A stretch of 64,000 bases of DNA from a candidate division FCPU426 bacterium (GTDB taxonomy: Bacteria; Oederibacteriota; Muellerivitia; Muellerivitales; Muellerivitaceae), in assembly GCA_963796105.1 (NCBI GenBank), contig CAWCKJ010000003.1:376353-440352 (forward strand), given 5' to 3'. Position 1 is the first letter of the stretch; each line of letters starts with the position of its first letter. A program made the position numbers and the translations under genes. Below, in pieces: positions 31,789-42,029 of this stretch. The notes beneath the pieces are model-generated. The model saw nothing but the letters and a program-made list of their open reading frames with translations. It ran no database searches and was not told where the DNA came from.

Positions 31789-31989
31789 TTAATGGTTTTC
31801 CACCACTTTGGGATAACAGCGGGACTTATACTCGACGATATGTCCTACTACTTGGGAGATGGTTTCCTTGACGGTCATTTTCTTGCCGTTTTGGAGTGTA
31901 AGTATCGTCTCAGGTGAGCTCTCCAGAAAAAGAATTAAATCGGCGTTGACATAAACTTCCCGTCCGTCTAATCGGGTTACTGGTATCAT
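31789..31989 (-). CDS. flbD: Flagellar protein FlbD
   Basis: MIPVTRLDGREVYVNADLILFLESSPETILTLQNGKKMTVKETISQVVGHIVEYK matches FlbD (MIKLTRLNG.EFYLNPDLIE.IE.TPDTVITLTNGKK). The internal ATG at 31989 with an upstream GGTGAGG Shine-Dalgarno is preferred over the longer ORF from 32043. Confidence 0.75.
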   Translation of the reverse strand: MIPVTRLDGREVYVNADLILFLESSPETILTLQNGKKMTVKETISQVVGHIVEYKSRCYPKVVENH

Positions 31990-32223
31990 TGCCTCACCTT
32001 CAATGCCTTCAACTTCTATTTTATCACAAGATACCCAGGCCATGGCCCAATTACAAGACCAGTTGACTCATGCCGACATCGATGGAGCAACTTGATAAAC
32101 CCAAATTTTTCCAAGTGAGTCTAAAAAAAACGGCGCCCCCCGTGAAGGAAAGCGCCGCCTATTCCAACAAAACCGTGCTTCCGGTTGCCCGGAAGCACGG
32201 CCTCAATCTTTAAAACTCAGTTA

Positions 32224-34182
32224 TCAACCACCCTGGCCCAATTGGGTCAGGACCTGCAGGTTGGCGTTCTCAACCGCGATCACGCGGGAATTCACGTCAA
32301 ATCCCCTTTGCGCGATGATCATATTGGATAACTCCGTCGTCAAATCGACGTTCGAAGCCTCCAAAGCGCCTCCCTCAATGGTCCCAAGGCCGAGCTTTCC
32401 GGCCGTTCCCACTGTTTCCGCACCCGCGTTAGTCGAAGCTTGATAGTAATTGTTCCCAACGTTATCTAAACCGCCCTCATTCTCAACGTTCGCCATGGCA
32501 ATCTGCCCCAAAGCCGTGGTCTGACCGTTGGAGAACGTCCCTTGAATCGTCCCAGTGGCGTCAAAAGCGAGGCTTTGCAGGGTGCCGTCAGCGTAACCGT
32601 TCTGTGTTTCCGTGGCGTGGCTGTCCGGAACATAAGTGTTGACCCCGTTCACGATCTGGTAGGAACCTTCCGCGTCCCCGGTCAAGCCGTCCCGCTTGCC
32701 GTAGATATAGGAAGTGCCATTGACGCTGCTTTCCGAACCGGCGGTGCCAAAATTCATGTTGACTGCCATGATCTCGGCCCCGAAAGTAGGAATAGGTGAT
32801 ACAGGATTTGCGCCCTCGTTAATGGGTGCCAAGTATATGGTGGCTTGGCTTTGCACATCTTGATTCGTAGCGGCAATGTTACGAACTCCACCCATCGAAG
32901 CCAAGGAGCCATCGGTATTGAAATAGATGAAATCTCCCCAATACTGGTCGCCGGCTGTACCCTTATCATAACCAGCCAAAGCGGCTAGAGGGGCTGGCAC
33001 AGGTTGTGGTTGTCCCGGGGGTGTTCCAATTCCGCCAATCTCACCTTGGGTAATTCCAGTGCCGCCAACCAAAGTCGCGTCGCTGACTTTGCCTCCGTTG
33101 GTGGTGTCAAAAGCGTACCAAGCATAACAAGTCTGGTTTGGCCCTGCCAGATTGTTAATAGGCGGATTGGCCGTACCCAGATCCATGACCTGGTAGAACT
33201 GGGTGGTGATCTGCCGAGCGGTCCCAGTCGAATCATAAACAGTCGTGGTAGTTGTCAAAGCCGGAGGAATCGGCGGGTTTTGATCCCAAGCGTAATTCCC
33301 GCCGTCGGCTACCACGTCAGCCAAGTCTTGTCCTTGCGTCATGACAGGCGTCGTCGGCTGGAAAGTAGCGGTCGCCAAGGGATTGTTCGGGTCAGGCGGC
33401 TGGCTCAGATTCCCCAACTCTATCATGGCAAACGTTCCATTCGCATTTCCCGGGGGATAGGGTACCAGTGCCGCTTTCGCGGCATTCATCTGGGCGGTTT
33501 GGAACATGAATGGGAGAACCGGTGCCAAATTGCTCCCCACATTCAAAGGATCGGCTTGTTGGAAGGAATCCAGATTTCCGACAAAGTTAAGCTGGGTCGT
33601 AGCCTTGGCTGGTTCCACGAAATTCGGGCTGATCTGGATTTTCCCGATGTTAGCCGGGTTGGAATTATCCAGTACCAGGCTCGCGGTCGTGATCACTGAG
33701 GGCTGTTGGCCAAGAGGTCCCCGAGTGTCCAGGATTTGGGTCGAATACTCGGTCTGGGCGCTCCATCCCTGGATCAACCCACCGTTCTGGTCGACCAAGT
33801 TTCCGACGCTGTCAAAGGTCAAGTTGCCGGCCCTGGTCAAATAGGTTTGACCGGCCTTGTTTGACATCAGGAAGCCGTTGCCGTTGATGGCGATGTCCGT
33901 CGAAAGCCCGGTTTGTTGGATGGCCCCTTCCGTCCATAAAGTGGTAATGGAAGCGACTCTTGTTCCCAATCCCACCTGCTGTGGATCGACCCCGCCGAGA
34001 TTACTGCCGGTGTTGTCCCCCTGGCCGGAATAAAGCGTTTGACTCAACGCATCCTCAAACTCCACTCGGCTGGCCTTGTAAGCCACCGTGTTGGTGTTGG
34101 AGATGTTATTTCCGATCACATCGAGCCAAGTGCTATTGGCTTCCAGGCCGGAAATGGCGCTAAACATGTCTCGAAGACCCAT
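32224..34182 (-). CDS. flgE: Flagellar hook protein FlgE
   Basis: N-terminal MGLRDMFSAISGLEANSTWLDVIGNNISNTNTVAYK and C-terminal ASNVDLTTELSNMIIAQRGFDVNSRVI are canonical FlgE termini. The start at 34182 has a perfect AAGGAGG Shine-Dalgarno 6 nt upstream, so the ORF-track start at 34242 is probably too long. Confidence 0.9.
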   Translation of the reverse strand: MGLRDMFSAISGLEANSTWLDVIGNNISNTNTVAYKASRVEFEDALSQTLYSGQGDNTGSNLGGVDPQQVGLGTRVASITTLWTEGAIQQTGLSTDIAINGNGFLMSNKAGQTYLTRAGNLTFDSVGNLVDQNGGLIQGWSAQTEYSTQILDTRGPLGQQPSVITTASLVLDNSNPANIGKIQISPNFVEPAKATTQLNFVGNLDSFQQADPLNVGSNLAPVLPFMFQTAQMNAAKAALVPYPPGNANGTFAMIELGNLSQPPDPNNPLATATFQPTTPVMTQGQDLADVVADGGNYAWDQNPPIPPALTTTTTVYDSTGTARQITTQFYQVMDLGTANPPINNLAGPNQTCYAWYAFDTTNGGKVSDATLVGGTGITQGEIGGIGTPPGQPQPVPAPLAALAGYDKGTAGDQYWGDFIYFNTDGSLASMGGVRNIAATNQDVQSQATIYLAPINEGANPVSPIPTFGAEIMAVNMNFGTAGSESSVNGTSYIYGKRDGLTGDAEGSYQIVNGVNTYVPDSHATETQNGYADGTLQSLAFDATGTIQGTFSNGQTTALGQIAMANVENEGGLDNVGNNYYQASTNAGAETVGTAGKLGLGTIEGGALEASNVDLTTELSNMIIAQRGFDVNSRVIAVENANLQVLTQLGQGG

Positions 34183-34269
34183 TGTCTTCCTCCTTGAAAT
34201 TAGGCGGGCATTAAACCCGCCGGGTTTTCGGGCTTCCTCCAAGAGGTCCAGCCCGTTCGCTGCTTAAGA

Positions 34270-34680
34270 CTAAACAATCACCGCGCTATCGATATTCGTG
34301 AAGACATTTTCTTTCATACTGCCCCCATCCAGCGCGGTTATGACCGTCCGATTCGTTACGCTGACAATGAAGGCCTGACTATCCATCACCAGAAGGGACT
34401 GTTTCGCGCCCTTGGCCGCGGCCTTATTCACCCCGGTCGTGATGCGATCCATATCATCCTCTGAAAGCTGGATGTTTCTCAGGCTCAACCGCTCCTTCGC
34501 GTGAGCGGAAAACTTCAAAGACTCTCCCTTTCCCACCGCCGTCTGGAAAACCGTCTGAAAAGGCTGTACGCCCTCCGCCGCCCGGCTCGCCTGCTGCTGG
34601 ATCACCTTCAACTGAGCCTGGCTTTGGACCTTGTCCACGGGATTGAGATGGGAATCGTTAAAGTTCACTTGTTGAACCAC
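34270..34680 (-). CDS. Flagellar operon protein (TIGR02530-like, found between flgD and flgE in Firmicutes-type loci)
   Basis: 136 aa. The KFSAHAKERLSLRNIQLSEDDMDRI block resembles this family (KFSKHAQERL.QRNI.LS). Position between flgD and flgE is conserved synteny. Confidence 0.5.
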   Translation of the reverse strand: MVQQVNFNDSHLNPVDKVQSQAQLKVIQQQASRAAEGVQPFQTVFQTAVGKGESLKFSAHAKERLSLRNIQLSEDDMDRITTGVNKAAAKGAKQSLLVMDSQAFIVSVTNRTVITALDGGSMKENVFTNIDSAVIV

Positions 34681-34747
34681 TTTGTCTTCACCTGCCCTTC
34701 ACCGGCCCGGACCTAACCAAGCCAAAATTAAAAACTCACACTACACC

Positions 34748-35188
34748 TCAACCACCAGATGCTGAAACAACATTCCCCACATTTTGTACAGATGACAAAG
34801 GATAATTCACCCCGTTCACCTGAACAGCAGGACCGTTCGCGTAATAAACAATTCCGCTGACTTGCCCAGTCGTAAACCCGCTCGGCTGACTCGGATCCGC
34901 CACTGTGACAGTTTGCCCAATCATTGAAACGGCTGAGTTTTCCAAAACCGTTTCCATGCTTGTATTCATGTTGGACATTTGTTCCAGGGACGAAAACTGA
35001 GCCAATTGAGCGACAAACTGGCTGCTATCCTGCGGATTCATCGGGTCCTGGTTCTTCAGCTGTGTGATCAGGAGCGTTAAAAAAGTGCTCTGGGACACAA
35101 ACTGATTATTCGCGGTAACTGCGCCGGCCAAAGCGTTACTGTTGCTAGAACTTGAACCACTTACCCCGCTGATTGCCATTAAAATCAC
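34748..35188 (-). CDS. flgD: Flagellar hook capping (scaffold) protein FlgD
   Basis: 146 aa. FLTLLITQLKNQDPMNPQDSSQFVAQLAQFSSLEQM is the FlgD signature block. Confidence 0.85.
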   Translation of the reverse strand: MILMAISGVSGSSSSNSNALAGAVTANNQFVSQSTFLTLLITQLKNQDPMNPQDSSQFVAQLAQFSSLEQMSNMNTSMETVLENSAVSMIGQTVTVADPSQPSGFTTGQVSGIVYYANGPAVQVNGVNYPLSSVQNVGNVVSASGG

Positions 35189-35267
35189 CCCGCTTTCGAT
35201 TCCAACTCTTACGTAAACTAACGGCTTAAATCGTTAAAACTTAACCTTTTTTCGCTAAAAAAACCAC

Positions 35268-38200
35268 TTAAACCAACATATCCACCAAAGAAGTTCGCAG
35301 GGACATAGGCGCTAAAACATCAATATTTTCAAGCGTTTCAGAGGATTGGAGCGCCAAATCGGACAAATAACCCTTGTTAGAAGGGCCAAAACCTTCCCTC
35401 TGATATTGGAAATATTGGGCCAAAAGGTTCGTGGACCCGCCTTGAACATGGACTTGGAGCTGGTCAATCTGGAGGCCCGATTGGCTTAAGGCGGCCTTTA
35501 AATCGACCAAGTTATGCTGAAGGGCTTCCTTGACATCAGGATTGGACACTGTAATCCTGGCTGATACAGCCTGATCCACCAGTGAAACCTGCACGGTAAC
35601 CCGGCCTAAGTTGGCGGGGACCAATTGGAAGTTGAGCGAAGTTACCATTTTTGCATCTGCGGCGTGAGCCGTGATTTGATCCGTAACTTGCCGGAATAAC
35701 GTCACATTATCCAAAGTATTATTCTGCTGATTCAAAACCGCGTTATTCCCGGCAGACAAGATAACTTTATCAGCATCTCCATTATCCCCGGACGTTTTTA
35801 GGTTTGGATTGGTTAAGTCCTTATTCCCGGAGCCGGTCAACACGGAATTGCTTGAAATCAATTCGTTCATTTGCGAGGAATTTCCTGTGTTGGCAACTGC
35901 GATTACAGCCTGAGGCGTCAACGGTTGGACCACCGATGTAGTTTCGACATTCAAGTTGCCCAGAGAAGTATTGTCAGTAGATTTCAGCAGGTTCTGAGTT
36001 GTAACCTGAGTTTTGCTCGCGTTCAACGTTGACATTGAACCAGTCAAGTTTTGAGCGTTTGTAACCTGGGGTGCTAAGGAAGCGGGATTAAATGTTTGAT
36101 CAACAGCTTTCCTAGCGCCGGGATTACTCTGATTTTCAAGTGAATAAGCGGGATCATTGTTGGTAAGATTTTTCGAATTTCCAGGAGAATGATTGCCCAT
36201 GGAAACTGATAAATTTATTCCCGGAGATAAACTTTGCTGAGAGGCATTCGTGTTTTGCAGATCCAGGCTTGAAGCAATCAAGTTTTGTGCGGTGATATCA
36301 GAAATACTGTCACTTAAAGGATTTTCTGGAATCGAAGGGTTCGAATTATTCATTGATATTCCCTGATTCGAGGAACTATTTAGAATTATCGAAACTGGTT
36401 GAGCAGTCGATGGATTTGATTGCTTTTGTCCATTATTTTCTAAAATTGTTTGATTTTGTTCTTTAGGCTCAGATAGCAAAAGTTGATTTTCATCTTTTTG
36501 GCCGTTCAAAGAAGCAATCGGGATTTGCCGTTGTGAAGTCTGAAGCGCATCTTTCGGAATCACTGAGACTTCGGCAAAAATTGCGGTTTCGCTAAGCACT
36601 TTTGAATTTTGTGAGTTGGGCGATCCAACTTCAATATTAGGAATAATCAAGCCTGTGCTTGTCGTCAACCTTGACCGTTTGTCGCCGCCATCAATGGTTA
36701 GACCACTCTGGCCAGAAGTTTGATCATTTTGGCTCTTCACATCCGGTGTCCTTGTTACCGGCTTCGTAGGTTGCACATCAGCTAATATGTCGATTGGGGC
36801 GGAAATAACATTTGAAATTTCAGGATCGGAGATTACAGCATTCTGTTGTTGAACCGAGTTATTTATTGTTCCCACATTATTTTGCTCGTTTCCATTGTTG
36901 GGCGCAGAATTCGTTCCTGCCGGAGTAAAATTCCGGAATTGAGAAGAGTTATTAATCTTAATTGAATTTCCAACTGCTTCGCTAAAATTCAACAAATTCC
37001 TCTGGGCCAGCAAATTATTGATTTGGTTTATCTCATGCGTGTCCCACGAACCTAAAGCCTCGAAATGGCTCGGAAAACCCTTTTGATTCAAGGTTGAATT
37101 TTGCGATGCCAAGAGCGCTTCAGCATTCAAATTGTTATTTATGGTTGGAGTTTTTCCATCTTCGATCGGCAGTACAAGATTATTAACCTGAGAAGAGACA
37201 TTATTCTTAGAAGAAATTTGGCTCAAGATTGTTCCCAATTGAATATCTTGATTCTCCCGCAAAATGCTAGTCGTTTGATTTGTGGGCAAAGGACCGTCAT
37301 CGGTTTTGCCCGCAGGGATTGAAAGGTATTCATCAGGAGTTTGATGACTGGGAGCAGCTAGCAATTTTGAATCCGGCGAATTATTTTTGTTGCCATTTTG
37401 CGAGGTGTTTAAAACCACCTGATTCGCGCCAACTTTAGTAAGTAATTGAACTAAATTTTTTAAGTTTTGGACGTCATTTGAATTAGAAGTGCCGGCTTGA
37501 ACAGGTTCTTGGATTACAGTTATCGGCTGGTATTGAGTTCCATTTGCGCCCAATTCCGATAAGGTTTTCAAAACAGCATTTACCTTTTCTTGAGAAATGG
37601 TTCCATTAGTGTCCAAAGGAACTCCCGGACGGGGAGTGAATAAAAAGGGCTCTTGAATTCCATTTGTCAGGCTTTGGTTTACTTGTTGACCCGAATCAAC
37701 ACTGGCGGCAAAATCAGAAATAGTTTGATTCGTTTCGGATGTTGCACTATTGAAATTCAAGTCCTGGTTTGGCTGATTTAACAGAGTTAGCAATTGCGTG
37801 TTTTGAGACAAGATTTGCTGTAAAAGATTCCAAGCGTTGTTTTGGATCCCTGTAGAGGTCTGTATTCCAGGATTAGTTTTATCTGTCAGTTCAGCGTTTT
37901 TCAAATCGCTTAAAATTTCAGCGGCATCCGCTGAACTTATTTTTCCTCCCCCAAGCGATGCAAGAAGGTTTTGAGCTTGGGCCGGATCATTTTGAGCGAG
38001 ATTTAAAAGACGGCTAATAAATTCTTTTAAATCAGGCATCTGCTGAACCGAAGGTATTAATACAGAAGCATTGCCGTTTATTATAGCGTTCCCATGATTA
38101 TCTTGAATTAAGCCCGAATCGTTTGATTTTGAATTCTTATTGAATACAGCACTGTTGTTATCATTTGAATTACCATTACCAGATGTAAATACCTTGCCCA

Positions 38201-38327
38201 TAACGTCATCAAAAGAGTTACCCTGCGAATTGCCACCCCTAGGAGACACAATAGAACTCTTCAAGAAAGCCGAGCTCTCACTAGGTGCAGCTTGAAATAA
38301 ACTTAAAAGTTCACTGACGTTTTTCAA
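35268..38327 (-). CDS. fliK: Flagellar hook-length control protein FliK (unusually long, Asn/Gln/Ser-rich)
   Basis: 1019 aa. C-terminal LVPANLGRVTVQVSLVDQAVSARITVSNPDVKEALQHNLVDLKAALSQSGLQIDQLQV matches the FliK C-terminal (Flg_hook) domain. Position fliK-flgD-flgE is standard synteny. Confidence 0.7.
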   Translation of the reverse strand: MKNVSELLSLFQAAPSESSAFLKSSIVSPRGGNSQGNSFDDVMGKVFTSGNGNSNDNNSAVFNKNSKSNDSGLIQDNHGNAIINGNASVLIPSVQQMPDLKEFISRLLNLAQNDPAQAQNLLASLGGGKISSADAAEILSDLKNAELTDKTNPGIQTSTGIQNNAWNLLQQILSQNTQLLTLLNQPNQDLNFNSATSETNQTISDFAASVDSGQQVNQSLTNGIQEPFLFTPRPGVPLDTNGTISQEKVNAVLKTLSELGANGTQYQPITVIQEPVQAGTSNSNDVQNLKNLVQLLTKVGANQVVLNTSQNGNKNNSPDSKLLAAPSHQTPDEYLSIPAGKTDDGPLPTNQTTSILRENQDIQLGTILSQISSKNNVSSQVNNLVLPIEDGKTPTINNNLNAEALLASQNSTLNQKGFPSHFEALGSWDTHEINQINNLLAQRNLLNFSEAVGNSIKINNSSQFRNFTPAGTNSAPNNGNEQNNVGTINNSVQQQNAVISDPEISNVISAPIDILADVQPTKPVTRTPDVKSQNDQTSGQSGLTIDGGDKRSRLTTSTGLIIPNIEVGSPNSQNSKVLSETAIFAEVSVIPKDALQTSQRQIPIASLNGQKDENQLLLSEPKEQNQTILENNGQKQSNPSTAQPVSIILNSSSNQGISMNNSNPSIPENPLSDSISDITAQNLIASSLDLQNTNASQQSLSPGINLSVSMGNHSPGNSKNLTNNDPAYSLENQSNPGARKAVDQTFNPASLAPQVTNAQNLTGSMSTLNASKTQVTTQNLLKSTDNTSLGNLNVETTSVVQPLTPQAVIAVANTGNSSQMNELISSNSVLTGSGNKDLTNPNLKTSGDNGDADKVILSAGNNAVLNQQNNTLDNVTLFRQVTDQITAHAADAKMVTSLNFQLVPANLGRVTVQVSLVDQAVSARITVSNPDVKEALQHNLVDLKAALSQSGLQIDQLQVHVQGGSTNLLAQYFQYQREGFGPSNKGYLSDLALQSSETLENIDVLAPMSLRTSLVDMLV

Positions 38328-38337
38328 TCATTTCACC

Positions 38338-40935
38338 TCAAGTTGATTTAGGCTGGAAAATACTGGTCGACGTAGACCCACCAACCACATTCACCAAATC
38401 GGAATACATTTGATCGATCACCTGAAGAACTTGCAGTAAGGCGTTGTAAGTAATTAAAGATTGCATTGCCTGTTGTTCAATATTCGCGATGGGCACTCCC
38501 GGGGTTGATGTGGTGGAAGTTGAACCACTTGTAGTACCAGTCGAAACACCCGCGATATTGGCCTGGGCGTCATTCAATTGTGTTAGGGAATCTGAAGCCT
38601 GATTAGTAAGTAATTCCTGATTTGAAACATCTCCTCCAATTTGAGTCAATAATCCGGCAGCAATATTCCCTACAGAAGTAAGATTACCGTTTAAACCAGT
38701 GAAATCGGTAAAATTTCCGGAATTATCGAGGATTGTTATAGGTTGAGGGGTATGGTCGAACAGAGTCAACGTCTGGGTTCCAGTATTAAAACTGGCAGTA
38801 ATGGCGTTACCCGTAGCCGTTGCGATCTCCTGAGCGATCGCAGATAGGGACATCGTATCAGTCCAAAGTATTTGGTAAGTTTGATTATTCCCCGCCGTAA
38901 TGGTAAAAGTTCCACTTGTTCCTGGAATAACACGGTAAGCCTCGGCATTGGGACCTGTGTTGAAATTAGTGGCGATACCAATTGAATCCAAAGCGGTTGA
39001 AGCCGGGAAAGTTGCATCAACATAGTCGATCTTAGGCTCCGAACCGGCAAAACTATTATTCATCCGGATGGAGCTGGACAGGACATTGGACAGGTTACTC
39101 CAATTCGAAACACCACCTATGAAATTCCCGGAGACATTAACCAGGCTTATGGGATTGTTGGAAAAAATGAAAAACTGCCGAGCAGTGGCGTTATAAACAG
39201 CGTTGACGTTAGGGTCTGCCGCGTTGATTTTTGCGAGGATGCTGTCTATTGAGTCCGCGAGAGTATAAGTTACCAATTGTTGATTAACGGTAAACGACCC
39301 GGCGACGGGCGGCGTGGAAAAAATTAATGTCCCGATGGGTTGGGTAGGATCAAGAATAGCTCCAGCAATTGCCGGTTGGCTTTCCATGAGGTTGTTTCCC
39401 AAAAGATTCGGAAGATTGCCAAGGAATTTGGCGATAGTCCCATCGGCGGTATCGTTAGGATTAATTGCGGCAGCTAACAATTCATTATTGGAAATTAATC
39501 CGCCATTAACGCTTATATTACCGGCGCCAAAACCAGTGAAAAATGCAGTACCGGTGGTAGTTCCATTAGCCGCATAACCTGCTTCATGAAGAGTATTGGT
39601 AACATTAATTACCGATGTGGCAATTTGGTCCACTTGGTCTTTATAGGATTCTAAAACGACATTCGATGATTGAAGTTCCCCAGCAAGATTCCCCCCCGTG
39701 ATCAAAGAACTTATGTCATTGTCAACTATCGCGGAGGGCGAAAAAGTAACTGTATTAGCCCCGGGATCAATTTGAGACCAACTTAGAAAGTTATCTCCAC
39801 CAATTTCCGTGATGACAAGCGGATTGGGTCCTGTGCCATTAATCATAATTTGTTGCGCAACAGGGTTAAAAGTTGCAGTAACGTTTTGTATAGCGTCAAT
39901 TTGAGCAATGATAGAATTAATTGAATCAACCGCGGGATTATAGGCAACGACCGTTCCATTAATAGTAAAGGAACCGCCTGTAGGAGCCACAGTAAACAAC
40001 CCGGCTTGGCTGGCTAGGGTTGCCGCCGCATTGATCTTATTCGGTGCTGGCAGTAAAGGATTATTAATCGGGCCCCCACCCGCGGCGGTGACCCAAGTCG
40101 TAAGCGATCCATAAGGTGTCCCATTAGCCAAAGTAAGCGTCACAGAAACCAAATTCGGGTTATGCTGGTTATCAATGGAAGTTTGCAAAGTCGTAGCGCC
40201 CCCGGAATCAAGCAAGGCAACCCCGCCCAAATACACACTGACGGTTCCGTTGTTCCCAATAACAACCTGATTATTAATTAACATCGAGAGTAGGTCTAAT
40301 GCGTAATCGCGGGCATCTAGAAGACTGTTTTGATTGGAGCCTTGTGTAGTGTTCAGCTGTTGATTAATCGAGGACAATTGTTGAAGTAGTTGATTGATTT
40401 GAGTCACCGTTGAATTAATCTGACCATTTATATTCAATTGATCGTTCTGCAAAGCCTCATATTGGGAATTTGCCAACTGAGCAAAAGTTACGCCATCATC
40501 AATAACATCGGTTCGCAAACCGTTATTTAATGGATTCGCGGATAAATTCGTCCAATCTTGAGCGAAAGTTGACAACGCCCCGCTTAAGGTTGCGTTCCCA
40601 TTGACGATGCTATTAATATTAGCGAGCGTCTGGTTTAAAATTTCGGCCTTGCCCAAAACCGAACTTTCCTGCTGAATTTGTTGGTCCAAATATAAGTTTC
40701 TTAATCGTGTAATGCTTTCCACGTAAGGACCGCTTCCAACATATTGAATTCCAGTGCCTGAATAAAATGGCGTTGATATTCCATCGCTTACATTAACTCG
40801 TTCAAGACTATTCATCAAATAACCTTGCGAGTCTAAAGATGGCTGTGCCAAATTAGAGGCCGTAACATCTTGTTCCAATTGTTGGAGAAGCAAAGCGCTT
40901 GTTATCGTATTAAGACTTTGAAAACTATTAATCAT
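38338..40935 (-). CDS. flgK: Flagellar hook-associated protein 1, FlgK (long form)
   Basis: 865 aa. N-terminal SFQSLNTITSALLLQQLEQDVTASNLAQ...DSQGY and C-terminal ANIEQQAMQSLITYNALLQVLQVIDQMYSDLVNV match the FlgK termini. It is preceded by flgN and flgM as in Bacillus. Confidence 0.8.
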   Translation of the reverse strand: MINSFQSLNTITSALLLQQLEQDVTASNLAQPSLDSQGYLMNSLERVNVSDGISTPFYSGTGIQYVGSGPYVESITRLRNLYLDQQIQQESSVLGKAEILNQTLANINSIVNGNATLSGALSTFAQDWTNLSANPLNNGLRTDVIDDGVTFAQLANSQYEALQNDQLNINGQINSTVTQINQLLQQLSSINQQLNTTQGSNQNSLLDARDYALDLLSMLINNQVVIGNNGTVSVYLGGVALLDSGGATTLQTSIDNQHNPNLVSVTLTLANGTPYGSLTTWVTAAGGGPINNPLLPAPNKINAAATLASQAGLFTVAPTGGSFTINGTVVAYNPAVDSINSIIAQIDAIQNVTATFNPVAQQIMINGTGPNPLVITEIGGDNFLSWSQIDPGANTVTFSPSAIVDNDISSLITGGNLAGELQSSNVVLESYKDQVDQIATSVINVTNTLHEAGYAANGTTTGTAFFTGFGAGNISVNGGLISNNELLAAAINPNDTADGTIAKFLGNLPNLLGNNLMESQPAIAGAILDPTQPIGTLIFSTPPVAGSFTVNQQLVTYTLADSIDSILAKINAADPNVNAVYNATARQFFIFSNNPISLVNVSGNFIGGVSNWSNLSNVLSSSIRMNNSFAGSEPKIDYVDATFPASTALDSIGIATNFNTGPNAEAYRVIPGTSGTFTITAGNNQTYQILWTDTMSLSAIAQEIATATGNAITASFNTGTQTLTLFDHTPQPITILDNSGNFTDFTGLNGNLTSVGNIAAGLLTQIGGDVSNQELLTNQASDSLTQLNDAQANIAGVSTGTTSGSTSTTSTPGVPIANIEQQAMQSLITYNALLQVLQVIDQMYSDLVNVVGGSTSTSIFQPKST

Positions 40936-40944
40936 TTTTTCTCC

Positions 40945-41430
40945 CTAAACCGTACGATTCACAAAAGAGCGTCTATTCATTTCCGGATCGTGTCCTGGAT
41001 AAAAAGATTTCTTTACTCCGCCGTCTGCAACTATTTTCAAAGTAAAATTTACATAAGAAAGAGCATTGTTTAATAACTTTTCGTTCCGCTGATTAAATTC
41101 TTCGAGTTTTTTGGCAGCCTGAGTTAACTCCAATAAGGATTTTTTTAATTCCTCAACAACCTCCAAGGGGCATCTCACTATTAATTCCGTTAGTGAAACT
41201 TTCTGAAGCTTGTAAATTTGAGCTAGTTTTTTCAACACATCATTCCTTCGTCCTGAAAGCGGGCCAAGAGCAAACACTTCTTTCTCTTCCAGCCTCACGT
41301 TATCAGGAAGAGTTTCAACTTTTCCAGACATCAATAGCTCCCTTTGCAAACCAGCAAGATGTAATAAACTTCTGTAATGTTCAGTTTCTTTTTTCAAACA
41401 ATCAATTAAAGTTTGAAATAATTCATTCAT
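40945..41430 (-). CDS. flgN: FlgN-family flagellar export chaperone
   Basis: 161-aa helical protein (LIDCLKKETEHYRSLLHLAGLQRELLMSGKVETL). Located between flgM and flgK, the yvyG/flgN position. Confidence 0.6.
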   Translation of the reverse strand: MNELFQTLIDCLKKETEHYRSLLHLAGLQRELLMSGKVETLPDNVRLEEKEVFALGPLSGRRNDVLKKLAQIYKLQKVSLTELIVRCPLEVVEELKKSLLELTQAAKKLEEFNQRNEKLLNNALSYVNFTLKIVADGGVKKSFYPGHDPEMNRRSFVNRTV

Positions 41431-41438
41431 TCTTAGGC

Positions 41439-41723
41439 CTAGAGATCGATAATTTTCATATCAATGAGACGGGCCGCAAGCTTGTTTGCATCAATTGCAA
41501 ATTTCCCCGTTTGGACTAATTGTGACAATTGTTCCACCTTCGCGTTTTGTGCCGCTTCCTGTTTTAATACTTCTCTATGAATCGACTGGAAAACTTCTGC
41601 AAACGAACTAAATGAAACAGATGATGACTGAGAATTTGAAGGCTCAGGTAGGATACTTTTTGATTTATCCGATTTAAAAGTTTGGAGAACAGCAGGAATA
41701 CTTTGAAAGCCATCGATCCTCAT
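41439..41723 (-). CDS. flgM: Anti-sigma-28 factor FlgM
   Basis: C-terminal KVEQLSQLVQTGKFAIDANKLAARLID matches the FlgM C-terminal sigma-28-binding helix region. The ATG at 41723 has an AAGGAG Shine-Dalgarno 6 nt upstream, so the ORF-track TTG start at 41729 is probably wrong. Confidence 0.75.
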   Translation of the reverse strand: MRIDGFQSIPAVLQTFKSDKSKSILPEPSNSQSSSVSFSSFAEVFQSIHREVLKQEAAQNAKVEQLSQLVQTGKFAIDANKLAARLIDMKIIDL

Positions 41724-41752
41724 AGGCAACTCCTTATGTTTTCTTAAGTTAC

Positions 41753-41779
41753 CTAACGGGTTTTAATTCAAAAACTTTA
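41753..41779 (-). promoter_or_regulatory. Putative sigma-28 (FliA) promoter upstream of flgM: TAAAGTTT-N11-CCCGTTAG
   Basis: On the minus strand the -35 TAAAGTTT (rc of 41772-41779) is an exact match to the TAAAGTTT-N11-GCCGATAA consensus. The -10 CCCGTTAG (rc of 41753-41760) matches 5 of 8 positions at exact 11-nt spacing, ~25 nt upstream of the flgM ATG. Confidence 0.35.
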
Positions 41780-42029
41780 GTAAATTAATTAAATATTGAA
41801 TTTTTATTATTTTTTAGGTTGAATTTTAAAAGATTTTAAAATCAATAAATATAACTCGACAAATATATTGACTCATCAATTTTTGGTTTCTTATTTTTGG
41901 GGGAATTGTTCAATAAAATCAAATTTGATATCAGCTAAACGAGGAATTGTTATTTACGTTATCTAATTAATCAAAAAACTATGTCTTTATAGGGGTTATA
42001 ACGATAAAACTTATGAATCAAGATATAAA

